The notes: generated by a model not told the origin, from the letters alone. 64,000 nucleotides of DNA from Anthoceros angustus (GCA_010909165.1 VJWM01000151.1:372001-436000), one strand, 5' to 3'; shown: positions 1-11,395, counted from the stretch's first letter. A program made the numbers and translations.

Positions 1-2155
1 CATCCTTGTAAAGATTAAGCATGACGGTCATCGTAACCTGATTTGCTAGTCCCATACGTTCCAGCTGACCATATTGCTTCTCTGCCTCGTCCAAAAATCC
101 TGCCTTTCCAAGAATGTCAATCATCAAATTGCACACAAAAACATCTATGTCAAAGCCAAGCTGTTGCATTTCTGAGAAGAGGGCTCTCGCCTCATCCACC
201 ATCCCTAACCTGCCCAAGACTTTCAACAAAGAAGTGTAAGCCACAACGTTGGAAGAGAATCCTGCCTTTTTCATAGCCTCATGTGTAACCTTTGCATCTT
301 GCACGGATCCTGCTTCACAGAACGCATTGAGCAGTGCTCCATAGGACACTTCATCTGGTGAAATTCCATCCCTTTGCATCTGCTTAAAGGTTCTAAAAGC
401 CTCTTTAGCTTGACCCGATCTACCATAAAGCCCCAAAACAGCACCATAAGTAGCTTGCTTTGGCTTAAATCCACGACCAAGCATGACATTCAAAATCCGT
501 TCTGCTTCTTGAATAAGGCCTGAGGAAGCACACATCTGTATCACCGAGTTGAAGGTAATCTCATCTGCTGCGACTCCCATCTCCTCCAAACCGTCAAACA
601 GGCAAACAGCCTGCGTGCATCTTCTCTTCAGACCATACGCCTTTATCATGGCATTGAAGACACCCACTTCTGGCATCACTGCCGTCTCTTTGTACGTCCA
701 GAAAACCTTCTCAGCATCCTGCCACAGTCCTTGCTCCCCATAGGCATTGATGATGACAGAAAATGTCTTGGGCGAAAAGGCTTCAGCAGAATGAAAGGCC
801 TGCTGTGCACTCTCTGCATCAGCCAGAAGACCAGCCTTGATGTACATGACCACAATTTTGGCAATCACAGCCTGTCCTAGCACATACTCCGGCTGCTTCA
901 TGTGCTCCAGAATATCTTCCGTCTCCTTCACCATACCTGAGTCACAAGTGATGAGAAGGAGCGTTCGGCACGTCACAGCGTCTGGCTCCAAACCACCTGC
1001 CTTCATCTTCTCCAGGTACTCCATGGCAGCTCCCACTTCTCCTTCCTTTGCGCAGATGGAAATCAGAATGTTGTAAGTAGCCTCATCTGGCACAGGACCA
1101 TGTTCCTCCATCCGTTTGTACAGAGCAACCGCTTCATCTCTGCGTCCAGAGCACCCACATATGTAAATCATAGTGTTGAATGTAATGACGTCTGGGGACA
1201 CACCTGCCTGAATCATGTCAGCAAAGACTCTGGAAGCTCGGATGTAGTGGCCAGCACGACCATACATACCTATCATGGTGTTGTAAGCAGCAGAGTCACG
1301 GGCCCTTCCACCCACTCCGTCTGCATCCTCCCCTCGCCCCGGACCCGACCTCATTGTCTCCCCACTACGTCCCACCGACCCACTGAACACCATCTCAGCA
1401 GCCTCCAAATCACCAGCCCTTCTATGCAAGTTGATCACCGTGTTAACAGTCACGTCATCAGGCTCCAACCCTCGTCCCTGCATTTCCTCAAACCACAACA
1501 AGGCCTCCTCTCTCCTCCCCGCCCTCCCACACGCATCAATCAAAGTAGAAAAACTCACATTCGTCGGCTCCACATTCTCCGTCCCCATCCCCTCCCACAA
1601 CCTATTCACCTCCCCCCACATCCCAGCTCTCCCAAGAACCTTGAACATGATATTATAAAACACCACACTAGGCCGGTAATTCAGCTGCCTCTTGATCCAG
1701 CCAAAAACCTCCACAGCCCTGCGCCAATCCCGCTGCTCATTCAGAACCCTAGACAAGTCCCTGCTACCAAGCCTGCCGGCCCAGGGAGCCAACACCCCCT
1801 CCACATCACTTCCAGAGCGCAGAGCTTCAAGCACGGCAGCAACTGCCCCCCCGTACTTCTTCTTTACGTGCCTCCCTGTCTGGCTTTCCCAAGGTCTCCA
1901 ATCCTTGTGAGCCGCCTCTAGCAGCTGGTCCCCAGAGCTTGCCGCACAGGGCGGCTGAAAGACATTGTGCAATCCCTTCACCAGGCGGCCTGCATCCTGC
2001 TGCCCAAAATTCAGTCCCCGTGCAGCAGAAACTGAAAAGATTGTCTCCAAATTTCGAACAGTCACAGCATGTCCTGGCAGCCCAACAGTGAAGACATGCA
2101 GCCCCATGGAGGTGGATGGTTGGCAGGAAACCGCTCTGTCCAGAAGCCCGGCCAT
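1..2155 (-). CDS. P-class pentatricopeptide repeat protein (At3g23020/At1g73710-like), intronless, 3' end beyond the window
   Basis: Manual translation from ATG at 2155 stays open to position 1. It is absent from the ORF track because it has no stop in the window. Reads ...KKKYGGAVAAVLEALRSGSDVEGVLAPWAGRLGSRDLSRVLNEQRDWRRAVEVFGWIKRQLNYRPSVVFYNIMFKVLGRAG..., followed by tandem 35-aa P motifs. Alternative in-frame ATG at 2107. Confidence 0.85.
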   Translation of the reverse strand, partial: MAGLLDRAVSCQPSTSMGLHVFTVGLPGHAVTVRNLETIFSVSAARGLNFGQQDAGRLVKGLHNVFQPPCAASSGDQLLEAAHKDWRPWESQTGRHVKKKYGGAVAAVLEALRSGSDVEGVLAPWAGRLGSRDLSRVLNEQRDWRRAVEVFGWIKRQLNYRPSVVFYNIMFKVLGRAGMWGEVNRLWEGMGTENVEPTNVSFSTLIDACGRAGRREEALLWFEEMQGRGLEPDDVTVNTVINLHRRAGDLEAAEMVFSGSVGRSGETMRSGPGRGEDADGVGGRARDSAAYNTMIGMYGRAGHYIRASRVFADMIQAGVSPDVITFNTMIYICGCSGRRDEAVALYKRMEEHGPVPDEATYNILISICAKEGEVGAAMEYLEKMKAGGLEPDAVTCRTLLLITCDSGMVKETEDILEHMKQPEYVLGQAVIAKIVVMYIKAGLLADAESAQQAFHSAEAFSPKTFSVIINAYGEQGLWQDAEKVFWTYKETAVMPEVGVFNAMIKAYGLKRRCTQAVCLFDGLEEMGVAADEITFNSVIQMCASSGLIQEAERILNVMLGRGFKPKQATYGAVLGLYGRSGQAKEAFRTFKQMQRDGISPDEVSYGALLNAFCEAGSVQDAKVTHEAMKKAGFSSNVVAYTSLLKVLGRLGMVDEARALFSEMQQLGFDIDVFVCNLMIDILGKAGFLDEAEKQYGQLERMGLANQVTMTVMLNLYKD

Positions 2156-2457
2156 ATGAGGAACAGACTAATCACGATCCGTCACCTTTCTCATTATACA
2201 GTTCTGAGGAAATGGAAGGATTTGCAGTAGACTATGCGGTCTACTGGCTTCCAAGACTAGGTCTGTTCGGCCCGTGTGTTGGTTTGTATTGCAAAAGTAA
2301 AATAATACAACTCAGTTTTGAGATCAGTTTGGGGTAAGCGCCAGAACAAGGTTCTGGTTGGGCAAGTTATGGGTTCGAACCGCGTTGTCGACGTTAGCAT
2401 CATATTTCAGTGCATCCTTTTGGGACAAAATGCTGAGCAAGAACTGCATGAACGAAT

Positions 2458-2658
2458 CTGGCTTCCTGGTTTTCTCTTCAAGCTCGAACACATCAGACCA
2501 GAAGATGATGATGAAAATTTCTCTTCAAGCTGGCTTCTTGGTTTTCTCTTCATGCTCGAACACATCAGATCAGAAGATGATGAAGAAAATTTCTCTTCAA
2601 GCTGGCTTCCTGGTTTTCTCTTCAAGCTCGAAATCATCAGACCAGAAGATGATGAAAA
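2458..2658. repeat. 72-bp tandem repeat, about 2.8 copies, between the head-to-head PPR genes
   Basis: Units start at 2458, 2530 and 2602 (CTGGCTTCCTGGTTTTCTCTTCAAGCTCGAACACATCAGACCAGAAGATGATGA...). ORF 2318-2689 carries it in frame as WLPGFLFKLEHIRPEDDDENFSSS x3. Confidence 0.85.
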
Positions 2659-2810
2659 CGAGAAGAATGCAGTAGCTGCACAGCTTTAACGCGTTTGTTC
2701 AGGGCATGAGGATGCCTGCGGGTGCGGGTGCGGGTGCAAGGATCCTCCGCTAGCGCATATGGAGAGGGACTGGACTAACAGTTCAAGGGGATATCCAGGC
2801 TCAGCAGCTC

Positions 2811-5615
2811 GTGCAGTGGAGCTCGGTCTTGTGTTCAGGCCTATCCCCATGGGCTCAGCTTATGCTTGTGGGGACGATGGGTGCCTGGAGCATTGCCATT
2901 CGTTCTTGCACACGGAGACCACAGGTCTACTTGACACCAGAAAAGCAAGTTGGTGGGATCAGATCTCTCTTAGGGACAGCGTTGGCTCGCTGGGTTCACA
3001 ATGTCTACAAGCCAGCTTGGATAGATGTGCAGGTGGCTACTGTGGATATGAAGATGGGTCGCCGTGCCCCCATATCCAGCTGGAGCTTTCTGGATGATCC
3101 TCACCTTGGCAGGCCTGCAGGATATGTAACTGCTGACACCGTCAGCCAATTATGTCAACAAGGCCAGCTCAAGGACGCTGTGGAGGCTCTAGGAGTTCTG
3201 GTGCAGGCAGATTGTCGTGTATCCGGGTCCCTCTTTTATACTGTGCTCAAAGAATGTGTAGTTCGTAGGGATCTGGTTCGGAGTCGTCTTGTCCATGCTC
3301 TGACTGTGGAGAAGGGGTATGAGTCGGACACTTTCTTGTGCAACCACGTGGTGCGAATGTATGCTTCTCATTCCAGATTGCAAGAAGCGATGGATGTGTT
3401 TGCCGTCGTGGCCAAACCAGATGCCTTCATGTGGTCTTCCATAATCTCTGCGCATGTTAGGCACGGACAAGCTAAGGAGGCCATACAGTTGTATCATCAG
3501 ATGCGAAAGTCAAGTGTGAAACCAGATGGGCACGTGTTTGTGGCAGCCCTACAGGCTTGCGCAGCGGGATCGGACTTGGAGGCCGGGCAGCAGGTGCATG
3601 CTGATGTTTTGTCCAGTGGGGTTGAGCACAGTCTATTTGTTTCTAATTGCTTGGTGGACATGTATGCGAAGTGTTGCAACCTGGAAGGTGCTCGAAGGAT
3701 TTTTGACAGGCTTCGTCTGAAAGATGTGGTGACGTGGAATGCCATGATTTCTGGCTATTCCCAGCAGGGCAAGGGTGAGGAAGCCCTTCATCTATACACT
3801 GTTATGCAAGAAGAAGGCATTGCTGCACCCACTCCTGTGACATTTGTGTGCCTCCTGCAGGCATGTGCAAGTTTGGGTTCTTCAGCTTTGGAGAAGGGGA
3901 AGCAGCTTCATGCAGAGATTGGAGAACGAGGAGTTTTAGTTGACGTGGTTGTAGGTTGCAGCCTGGTAAACATGTACTCAAAGTGTGGTAGCATAGAGGA
4001 TGCTCATAGAGTGTTTGACGGACTCAGGAAAAAAGGTGTGGTGACATGGAATGCTATGATAGGAGGATACTCTCAGAAGGGCATGGGTCAAGAATCTCTT
4101 CGTCTTTACGCTGCTATGGTGGAGGAGGGCGCGGCCGCCCCTGATTCTGTGACATTTGTGTGCCTCTTGCAGGCATGTGCAAGTGTTGGCAGCTCTGCCT
4201 TGGAGAGTGGAAGGCAGCTTCATGCAGTGATTCGAGAGCAAGGACTTCAAACTGATGTGGTCGTAGGTTGCAGCTTGGTGAACATGTATGCAAAGTGTGG
4301 GTGCCCACAGGATGCACAGGGAGTGTTTGACAGGCTTGGTCAGAAGAATGTGGTGACGTGGACTGCTTTGATAGCAGGATATGCTCAGCAGGGCATGGGT
4401 CAGGAGGCCCTTCATGTTTACAATTGTATGCAAGACGAAGGCTTAGCTCCACCCAATTCTGTGACATTTTTGTGCATCCTGCAGGCATGTGCAAGTGTAG
4501 GTGCCCCAGCTTTGGAGAAGGGGAAGCAGCTCCATACACTGATTAGAGAACAAGGACTTGAAGCCGATGGGGTTGTAGGTTGTGGCTTGGTGGACATGTA
4601 TGCAAAGTGTGGCAGCTTAGAGGATGCTCAAAGCGTGTTTGACGGACTCGTTAAAAAGGATGTGGTGACATGGACCTCGCTGATAACAGGATATTCCCAG
4701 CAGGGCAGGGGTCAGGAAGCCCTACGCCTTCACAGTGCTATGCGAGACGAAGGCATCTCCCCGCCCAACTCTGTTACATTTGTATGCCTCCTGAAAGCAT
4801 GTGCAAACGTGGCTGCTTTGCACTCGGGGAGGCATCTTCATGCTGAGATTAAGGAACAAGGGCTTGAGGCTGACATGTTTGTAGCCATCAGTCTGATAAA
4901 CATGTACGCAAAGTCTGGTAGCATGGCTGATGCACAGCAAGTGTTCGATTCGTTGCCTAAAAGAGACGTTGTCTCCTGGAATGCACTGATCGCAGGATAC
5001 ACCCATCAGGGAGATAGTGATGTGGCCTTTGAACTTGTTCGCAGAATGCGAAACGATGGCATACAACCGGACGCTGTCACATTCCTTAGTTTACTAACAG
5101 TATGCAGTCATGTTGGTTTAGTAAAGGAAGGGCGAGAGAACTTTGAGGCTATGAGCAACCAGTATGGCATTGCTCCCACTGCTAAGCACTACTCGTGCAT
5201 GGTGGATCTCCTGGGTCGTGCAGGCCATCTTGACGAAGCTCTGGCGATGGCTCACACAATGCCTGTGCAGCCTCACGATGCAGTTTGGCACACTCTACTG
5301 GGAGCTTGTAGAAAATGGAGCAATCTGGAGGTGGGTCGCCTTGCGTTTGATGAAGCAGTGAAGCTAGACGAGAACTGTGCTACATCCTATGTTTTGATGG
5401 CCAGCATCTATCGTGGTGCCCAGATGTGGGAGGAGGCCCGCGAAATGCATGCAAGGAGAGTAGGGCTTGGGGCATGGAAGCAGCCCGGACAGAGCTGGTG
5501 GACAGACATGGTCGGGCTGGTGCACTGTTTCGTGGCTGGGGATATGATGCTTCCCGAGGTTGATGGCGTATATGCAAAGTTGGAAGAGCTGGTGGCCCAA
5601 GTGAAGAGAAAATAA
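2811..5615 (+). CDS. PLS-class PPR protein with E domain and truncated E+ (WW-type PG box, no DYW deaminase); putative organellar RNA-editing specificity factor
   Basis: 934-aa intronless ORF with six repeats of xVVTWxAMIxGY / VTFVCLLQACA / DVVVGCSLVNMYAKCG triplets. These are followed by P2-L2-S2, HYSCMVDLLGRAG, VWHTLLGAC and KQPGQSWWTD, and the ORF ends ...LEELVAQVKRK with no HxE/CxxC. The true start codon is uncertain. Confidence 0.92.
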   Translation: MQWSSVLCSGLSPWAQLMLVGTMGAWSIAIRSCTRRPQVYLTPEKQVGGIRSLLGTALARWVHNVYKPAWIDVQVATVDMKMGRRAPISSWSFLDDPHLGRPAGYVTADTVSQLCQQGQLKDAVEALGVLVQADCRVSGSLFYTVLKECVVRRDLVRSRLVHALTVEKGYESDTFLCNHVVRMYASHSRLQEAMDVFAVVAKPDAFMWSSIISAHVRHGQAKEAIQLYHQMRKSSVKPDGHVFVAALQACAAGSDLEAGQQVHADVLSSGVEHSLFVSNCLVDMYAKCCNLEGARRIFDRLRLKDVVTWNAMISGYSQQGKGEEALHLYTVMQEEGIAAPTPVTFVCLLQACASLGSSALEKGKQLHAEIGERGVLVDVVVGCSLVNMYSKCGSIEDAHRVFDGLRKKGVVTWNAMIGGYSQKGMGQESLRLYAAMVEEGAAAPDSVTFVCLLQACASVGSSALESGRQLHAVIREQGLQTDVVVGCSLVNMYAKCGCPQDAQGVFDRLGQKNVVTWTALIAGYAQQGMGQEALHVYNCMQDEGLAPPNSVTFLCILQACASVGAPALEKGKQLHTLIREQGLEADGVVGCGLVDMYAKCGSLEDAQSVFDGLVKKDVVTWTSLITGYSQQGRGQEALRLHSAMRDEGISPPNSVTFVCLLKACANVAALHSGRHLHAEIKEQGLEADMFVAISLINMYAKSGSMADAQQVFDSLPKRDVVSWNALIAGYTHQGDSDVAFELVRRMRNDGIQPDAVTFLSLLTVCSHVGLVKEGRENFEAMSNQYGIAPTAKHYSCMVDLLGRAGHLDEALAMAHTMPVQPHDAVWHTLLGACRKWSNLEVGRLAFDEAVKLDENCATSYVLMASIYRGAQMWEEAREMHARRVGLGAWKQPGQSWWTDMVGLVHCFVAGDMMLPEVDGVYAKLEELVAQVKRK

Positions 5616-6287
5616 AGAGCTACATCTCAGTGGTCTCGCATCTCGCCACAGCTGTCGCCATCAAGCGTTGATCAACGTCCATCACTTGCAATTGCAAGCA
5701 AGCCATGAATTTGTTTCTTCCTGGGATAACAGGTGCAACAGCAAGGAAGGGCTCCAGTTAAAAAGTAAAGAGAAGCCGTGATCGCTAAAGTGGTGGTGGG
5801 AGGAAGCATGGGGGTCTTCCTGACAGAGGAAGGCGAGGCCGGCAGCAACGGGGATGCAGTACTCGGATTGATCACAATCATATAGCCCGACAATACTCGC
5901 CCCGAAGGACCAGACAGTTGGTTTCTGGCAAGAGCCAGCACTCGGAGTAGACACACAGTTTGTTCCAGGCCGCCAGCAGGAATCAGGAAACCCCCAAACA
6001 TTTAAAACCCAGCCAGAAAGGACAGAAAGGAAACACAAATTGCGGGGCGAAGAGTCCCAACGTTGAAGAGCTCAAACCTCCCTGTCGACACCCCCAGCAA
6101 TAGCCTGACTAAACTGGGTTACCAAGACAAAAATGCAAGGGCGCATTGGCGAGGAGAGTCATGCACTGCGAAGAGAGTCATGGGCAGAGAATAAATCACG
6201 TCATCCTGTAGGGCACGGCAAATTTCGGACAGAGTACATAACTATCCAACCGACCATCTACAGGCGACAGAGGTGGTGAGGAACTTT

Positions 6288-6968
6288 CTAAGCAGTGACG
6301 GCTTCCGAAATTGGAAACTCAAAGGTGACCTCCTTCCCTGTCAGCTTCTTGTACACACCCCCGAACGTCTCCAGCTTGTACTCCGTGGAGTTGCGCTCCT
6401 TAGGGTCAAGGTAGACCCGCATGATTCTGGAACCATCAAGCCTGTATCTGATACGCTTCCCCACAATTTCGGTGGGGTAAACCAAATCCTCCAAAATGGC
6501 TTCGTGCACAGAAGTGAGCGTACGGCTTCGGGGCCTGGTGGCAGCGCTCCCCTTTTTAGGAGGCCTCAGAATCCTCCTGGTGGCGATGATCACCACATCC
6601 TTGCCGGAGAACTTCTTCTCCAGCTCCCGAACAAGCCTAACATGGATCTGCCCAAGACAAAAATGCAGCTCAGCTCAGCAAACAAGCCACCACATCCCCA
6701 CACCAAAACCCTAGCTGGCCTAGGGCAGCAACAAAGGACGCACCTTTTGGAACCCCTTTCTCAGCCGGTAGGGCACGTGCAACACGATGGCCTTCCTGTT
6801 GTTGGCCACATCTACCTCCTTGGCGCTATTGATGAAGAGGTCCTTGAGGTCGGATTTGAGCTCCTGGTTGGTGCTCTCCAGGTCGAACACCGCCTGCGCT
6901 ACAGACTCTTCGAACACATCTGGCTCAGCGCCCTTCTCCTTCTGAATCTTCCTCCTTCCGGTAAACAT
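6288..6968 (-). CDS. RPS7: 40S ribosomal protein S7 (eS7); exons 6968-6744 and 6647-6288, 96-bp GT-AG intron
   Basis: [31 protein letters not shown]...[17 protein letters not shown]|[27 protein letters not shown]...[35 protein letters not shown]. Donor GTGCGT at 6743, acceptor CAG at 6650-6648, frame preserved. Confidence 0.97.
6706..6713. promoter_or_regulatory. Telo-box (AAACCCTA) in the RPS7 intron
   Basis: Exact AAACCCTA. Telo-boxes are characteristic of plant ribosomal-protein gene 5' regions and first introns. Confidence 0.5.
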
Positions 6969-9779
6969 GGTTGCACATCAGGTGGCGGCACACGGCCGGG
7001 TGTTCGAGACAGCGGCTGTGGGTTGGGAGTAGCCGCGGGAGGGCAACAGCCAAGGGCAGGCGAAAAAGAACAAAATCGGCGTGAACCGAGGACTTCGAGG
7101 AACCCTAACAGTCATTTAGCTGAGAGCCGCGTGTTCAACGCAAAGCGAACGCCTATATATATAGGCATCGCTCTATAACACCTAGACTTCTCTCCTTCTT
7201 CTCTTCCATATCGTCCATATGTGCTTCTAGGATTGTTTCATCCAAAGATCATCATATATTTCACTAGATATGAACAAATTTTCGGTCTAAACCATAGGAT
7301 CGATATTCACAGTAATGGCTTTCATTTCTTGAGGAGTTTGTGAGTTCTTTAAAATATTCTTTTGCGTTTCGACTACAAAGAGTACTCAGAAGTTTTCAAT
7401 TATCTTTTATAATTTGGAGGATATAATTTATCACAAAGGGCAACCTTAAAATGAATTGGGGTTAGACAAAAATTGTGCACAATGTTAAGGAACATGGGTC
7501 TAAACACTCAATTTGAGTGGGTTGGACATTCTAGGCTTAGACCCATCCATGGCATTCTAGACTTAGACCCCATCCACGAGTCTCTTCGCGGACGATGTAA
7601 GAGATTCCACAAATCAAGACCAGCCCAGTCTCTACTATGGTGTGTTTAAATTACTCACATCTCGTGATGTGACATGCACTTTAAACACATGTATGTAGGT
7701 ATACGGTCCTCAACATGGTATGGACATACATATATATAAAATCTAGACTTCATATGTATAGTCGACCTTTCCTAATTGGGACCACATGGGAGTGGCTTTA
7801 GAGGTCTTTATCAAGAGAAGTGTATGTCACAGTCGTAGCGACCCTGCACCAACCCGTGCAAATCCAGCTATCGAGAACTGGTTCAAAAAAGGCAAGCACT
7901 TATAGGTATCCTGGAATTATCCCGGAATAAATGCTGGGTGTAGGCTGGAATCTATACAAATCCTAGGCCAAGAGCTAGTGGCGGAGAGGTATGGTCAAAA
8001 ACTACGAAGGGAAAAATTGCAAAGAATGCAACGAGAGTGGGCAAAGATGCAAGCTACCTCCTTGATGGGCGCCAGGTCCGAAGGAGGAATCTACACTGCA
8101 ATTGTGGATTATGCCATGAAGCCAAGCCCTCGACGGCGAGGGTGACCATGAAGCGAGGGAGCTCCCAAATTCAGCGACAGATATGACACCTCTGGAGCAG
8201 TGAGAGGGAAAAGATGTCGCCAGAGCGGGGAGGAGTTCGCTTTCTGTAGCCTGACCTATTGCAAGTGTTAGAGGGCCGCACCGCAAGTATCGACGTTCGC
8301 ATGTTGAGATTTCCGGCATTCTATGAGCCTAGGAAAAGAGGATTCGAATTTGAAGCAAGCATCGGCCGTGCCGAAGCCAACATGGAAGAAAACCAAGGCC
8401 GTCTGGGCGCCGGCTGGAGTGGGTATTGCAGGCACTAGGCCAGGCTGAGATGGAATAGGCTACGGCAACGCAGATCCTGCATTCACCCACATCTCAAGAT
8501 GAAGAGACGACCCAAACCTCAGCAGTTACTACCACATCTGGTTGACCCAACCCTCACCTTTCTAGGATTACCAGCTAGAGCTAGCTGGAAACCCTACAAG
8601 AAATCCCCATCCATATTATACTATTTTTTTAAGATCTGGACCCCTAAATGTTACACTTATGTTGCAATTTTGGGTCCATGTTATAGTTTTTCGGCCCCTT
8701 GTTACGGCAAAGTTTGGTAACCATACCGCAACATTGTTGAAACCGTGTTGCAATCTTGTTGCTATTATGTTAAGATGTAGTGAGAGGTGGTTTATTTGTC
8801 CCCCTCTTAAAATTGCAACAAGATTACAAAATCCAAAGTGTTTTAAAAAAATTCTTGTAACACTTTTCTAGGCTTGGTACCGAACCTCCTCCTCATTTAC
8901 CTTTGCCCTTCTTACTTAACTATCGTATTTTTCCATCGTAATTATTTTCAATACATCTACGAATGTATCATGGTATGGATAGATTACTGGCTATGTACAT
9001 AAATAAAGATGGTAGGTTGTAAGCCGCTTAGTTAGAATGGTATGTTGGATGCTACCCTGGGTATGGCATGACATGTGTATGTGCATGTAACTTATGCATG
9101 TGATGTGGCATGTGGATGCTGAATGGCATGTAGCATTATGGGAGGACATGGACATAACGATTTGCCCATAGATATTTAGATTAAATCTAGATATTAGGAT
9201 AAATATAAAAGAGCAAGTAATATCTTTAGAATACATATATAGAAAATAGAAAGGGATATTAAGCATACTATGATCAAGATGAAGATAATAAGCTAGCGAG
9301 ATATAAGACAACCTAAGGCTATTTACGTAGGAGCTGTGGATCCATTTAAACTTGGATTTGCTCTTGTTTGCCCTGTGATAGATCATCTTTGAGATAATAA
9401 GAGACAAACATACTTGTTCCACACCTTGTCTTTCTTCCTTGCATTGTGCTTGTTGTAGCAAAGTATCCTAGGAGAGCTGGGATCACTTTTTCCTACATGT
9501 GCAAATCTAGCATAGTTGCTAGGATCGGACTTAGTGATTAGTTGAAAATAATATGCCTTAATATTATGAAATACATTTAGGACTATTTGGTGAGGGCAAG
9601 AGCTAGAAGTAAGTATGTTGGAGTCCTTGGGTAAGACCAAGGGTTAGAAGTTCTATTAGAGACCAAGGGGTAGAATGATGGCATGGGGGTGCGTGGACAA
9701 TTTTAAAAAAATGGAACCAAAGAAATGGCGTAGTGATGAGGTTGGAATGAGAGGTGAGAGTTGCAGTTGCATGTTACAA

Positions 9780-10940
9780 TGATGTGACTATTCTGGTATG
9801 GGCAACATAAATAAATTTATAGTTATTAATAGAAGGATGTAATGAAGAGGGCAGGGTGAGAGGAGAGAGAGGGGCTCCACGTTCCAGTCATGTTGTAATT
9901 CTAGTGTGGGCAACACAAACAAATAGTTGTAATGAAGAGGACAAGGTGGGAGGAGAAAGAGGCAGCTCCATGTCACATGTGGGAATGATAAAAAAAGGGT
10001 TGTGATAGAGGGGGTGTATTTACAAGGGTGAGGTGGAAGGAGAGAGAGACAGTTTCCTGTTACGGTGGTGCTACCTCTTGAGGAAATAAGTCACAAACTT
10101 TTAACACCAAGCTTATGGAGCATGTTGCAATTTGGACACGCAGCAAAAACTGGTGGTGCTACCTCTTGAGGAAACAAGTCACAAACTTTTAACACCAAGC
10201 ATATGGAGCATATTGCAGTTTGGACACTCAGCAAAAATTGCACCAACCACTGTAACATAGACAAGAATTTCCAATAAGGAAATATATATTTTTACATAGA
10301 CAAGGATTTCTAATAGGGAAATATATAATTTTATATAGACAAGGATTTCTAGTAGGAAAATATATATTTTAAAAAATGATGAAGAATCCAATTAGAACAC
10401 ATCTTGAAATGGGACCTCTATCATATGTCCCTAGTTATGGAGGGTGAACTGTAGTTATATTTCTTTATTGACGAAGGAGAGATGATGGGGCGAGCCCATC
10501 TAGCACAAGGAGACCCTTAGGGTCGCGGTAAAAGAAGCAACTATGCTCCTTTTCGAAGGTCACCTATTGTGCCAACAATGTCATATCGAGGAAGATTAAA
10601 AGGCCTACATACTATTGAAGTAGAAGAGGATGCATCACTCGTTATGGTTGTCGTTCGAAATGATTGTAGTCTTCGCGAGCATGATAGGCTTTGGCATACG
10701 ACTCATAAAATATGTTCTCAACTAAGATAGAAGTTTAACACCAACCTTTCGATATTTGTGTGCAATTTAACTGATTATTTAGAATAATTTAATATATATT
10801 AAAACTTATATAAAAAATAAAATGGAGTTTTTTTATTTTAGGCTTAGATTAGAAATACACACATGGCTACCACTTATTTATCACTTAGAGAATAGGATAT
10901 TATTAGATACAAGCATGTGGCACATGATGTGTGTCATAGT
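9780..10940. mobile_element. Possible decayed Helitron remnant (tandem arrays plus an eroded PIF1-like helicase C-terminal motif)
   Basis: Direct repeats of about 110 bp x2 (9785-9965), 88 bp x2 (10064-10235) and 39 bp x3 (10255-10370). Region 10495-10610 reads across frameshifts AHLAQG/TLRVAV..FEGHL/MSYRGRLKGL, resembling HKSQGxTL..F..GQLYVALSR..LxGL. Confidence 0.3.
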
Positions 10941-10954
10941 ACGTCATTCTCTTA

Positions 10955-11395
10955 CTAGAACGCGTGGTCTTTGAACTTGATGGAGCAATCGACATACTTC
11001 ACTTCCGCTCCAACGGCGCGGCCGCAAATGCCCTCGATATTTTGATAGAGCGTTGTGAGGCACAAGGCGCAGTTCTCCTGGACGAGGCCTAGCTTGCATT
11101 TGGCCTCGGCATAGGCGACGGATCCGCTTCCACCAACCTTCAGGGTTTTGTAGTAGCCATTGTTCGCCGGAGCGTTCGTCTCCACTAGTAACAGCAGGTC
11201 CTTCACGTTGTTCCACTCACTACTTTCGGGAAGATATTTTTGGACGCTGCATTTCGCGTACTTCAAAGTGGTGTCGGGTCCGACCACCTCCTCCTCCATG
11301 GCTGCGGTAAAGAGGTTAGGGCTGAGCAGTAGTAGCACAGCCGCAGCGCCAAACAGGATGGCGATGCGGCTCTCGGCGAGGTTTGCAGACGCCAT
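10955..11395 (-). CDS. Secreted single-domain DUF26 / Gnk2-homologous (stress-antifungal) protein
   Basis: 146 aa with an N-terminal hydrophobic signal (AILFGAAAVLLLLS) and the diagnostic C-X8-C-X2-C (CKLGLVQENCALC), preceded by AYAEAK and followed by C..AVGAEVKYVDCSIKF. Intronless. Confidence 0.88.
   Translation of the reverse strand: MASANLAESRIAILFGAAAVLLLLSPNLFTAAMEEEVVGPDTTLKYAKCSVQKYLPESSEWNNVKDLLLLVETNAPANNGYYKTLKVGGSGSVAYAEAKCKLGLVQENCALCLTTLYQNIEGICGRAVGAEVKYVDCSIKFKDHAF

Noticed and set aside
1100-1921. 273-aa plus-strand ORF and other short ORFs overlapping the PPR genes
   Set aside because: Antisense or off-frame shadows of PPR coding sequence.
6273-7178. 301-aa plus-strand ORF
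   Set aside because: Antisense to RPS7 and crosses its intron; no domain signal.
7800-8500. GC-richer island with ORF 8002-8319
   Set aside because: No recognisable motif in any frame I read; probably an old TE fragment but not supportable.
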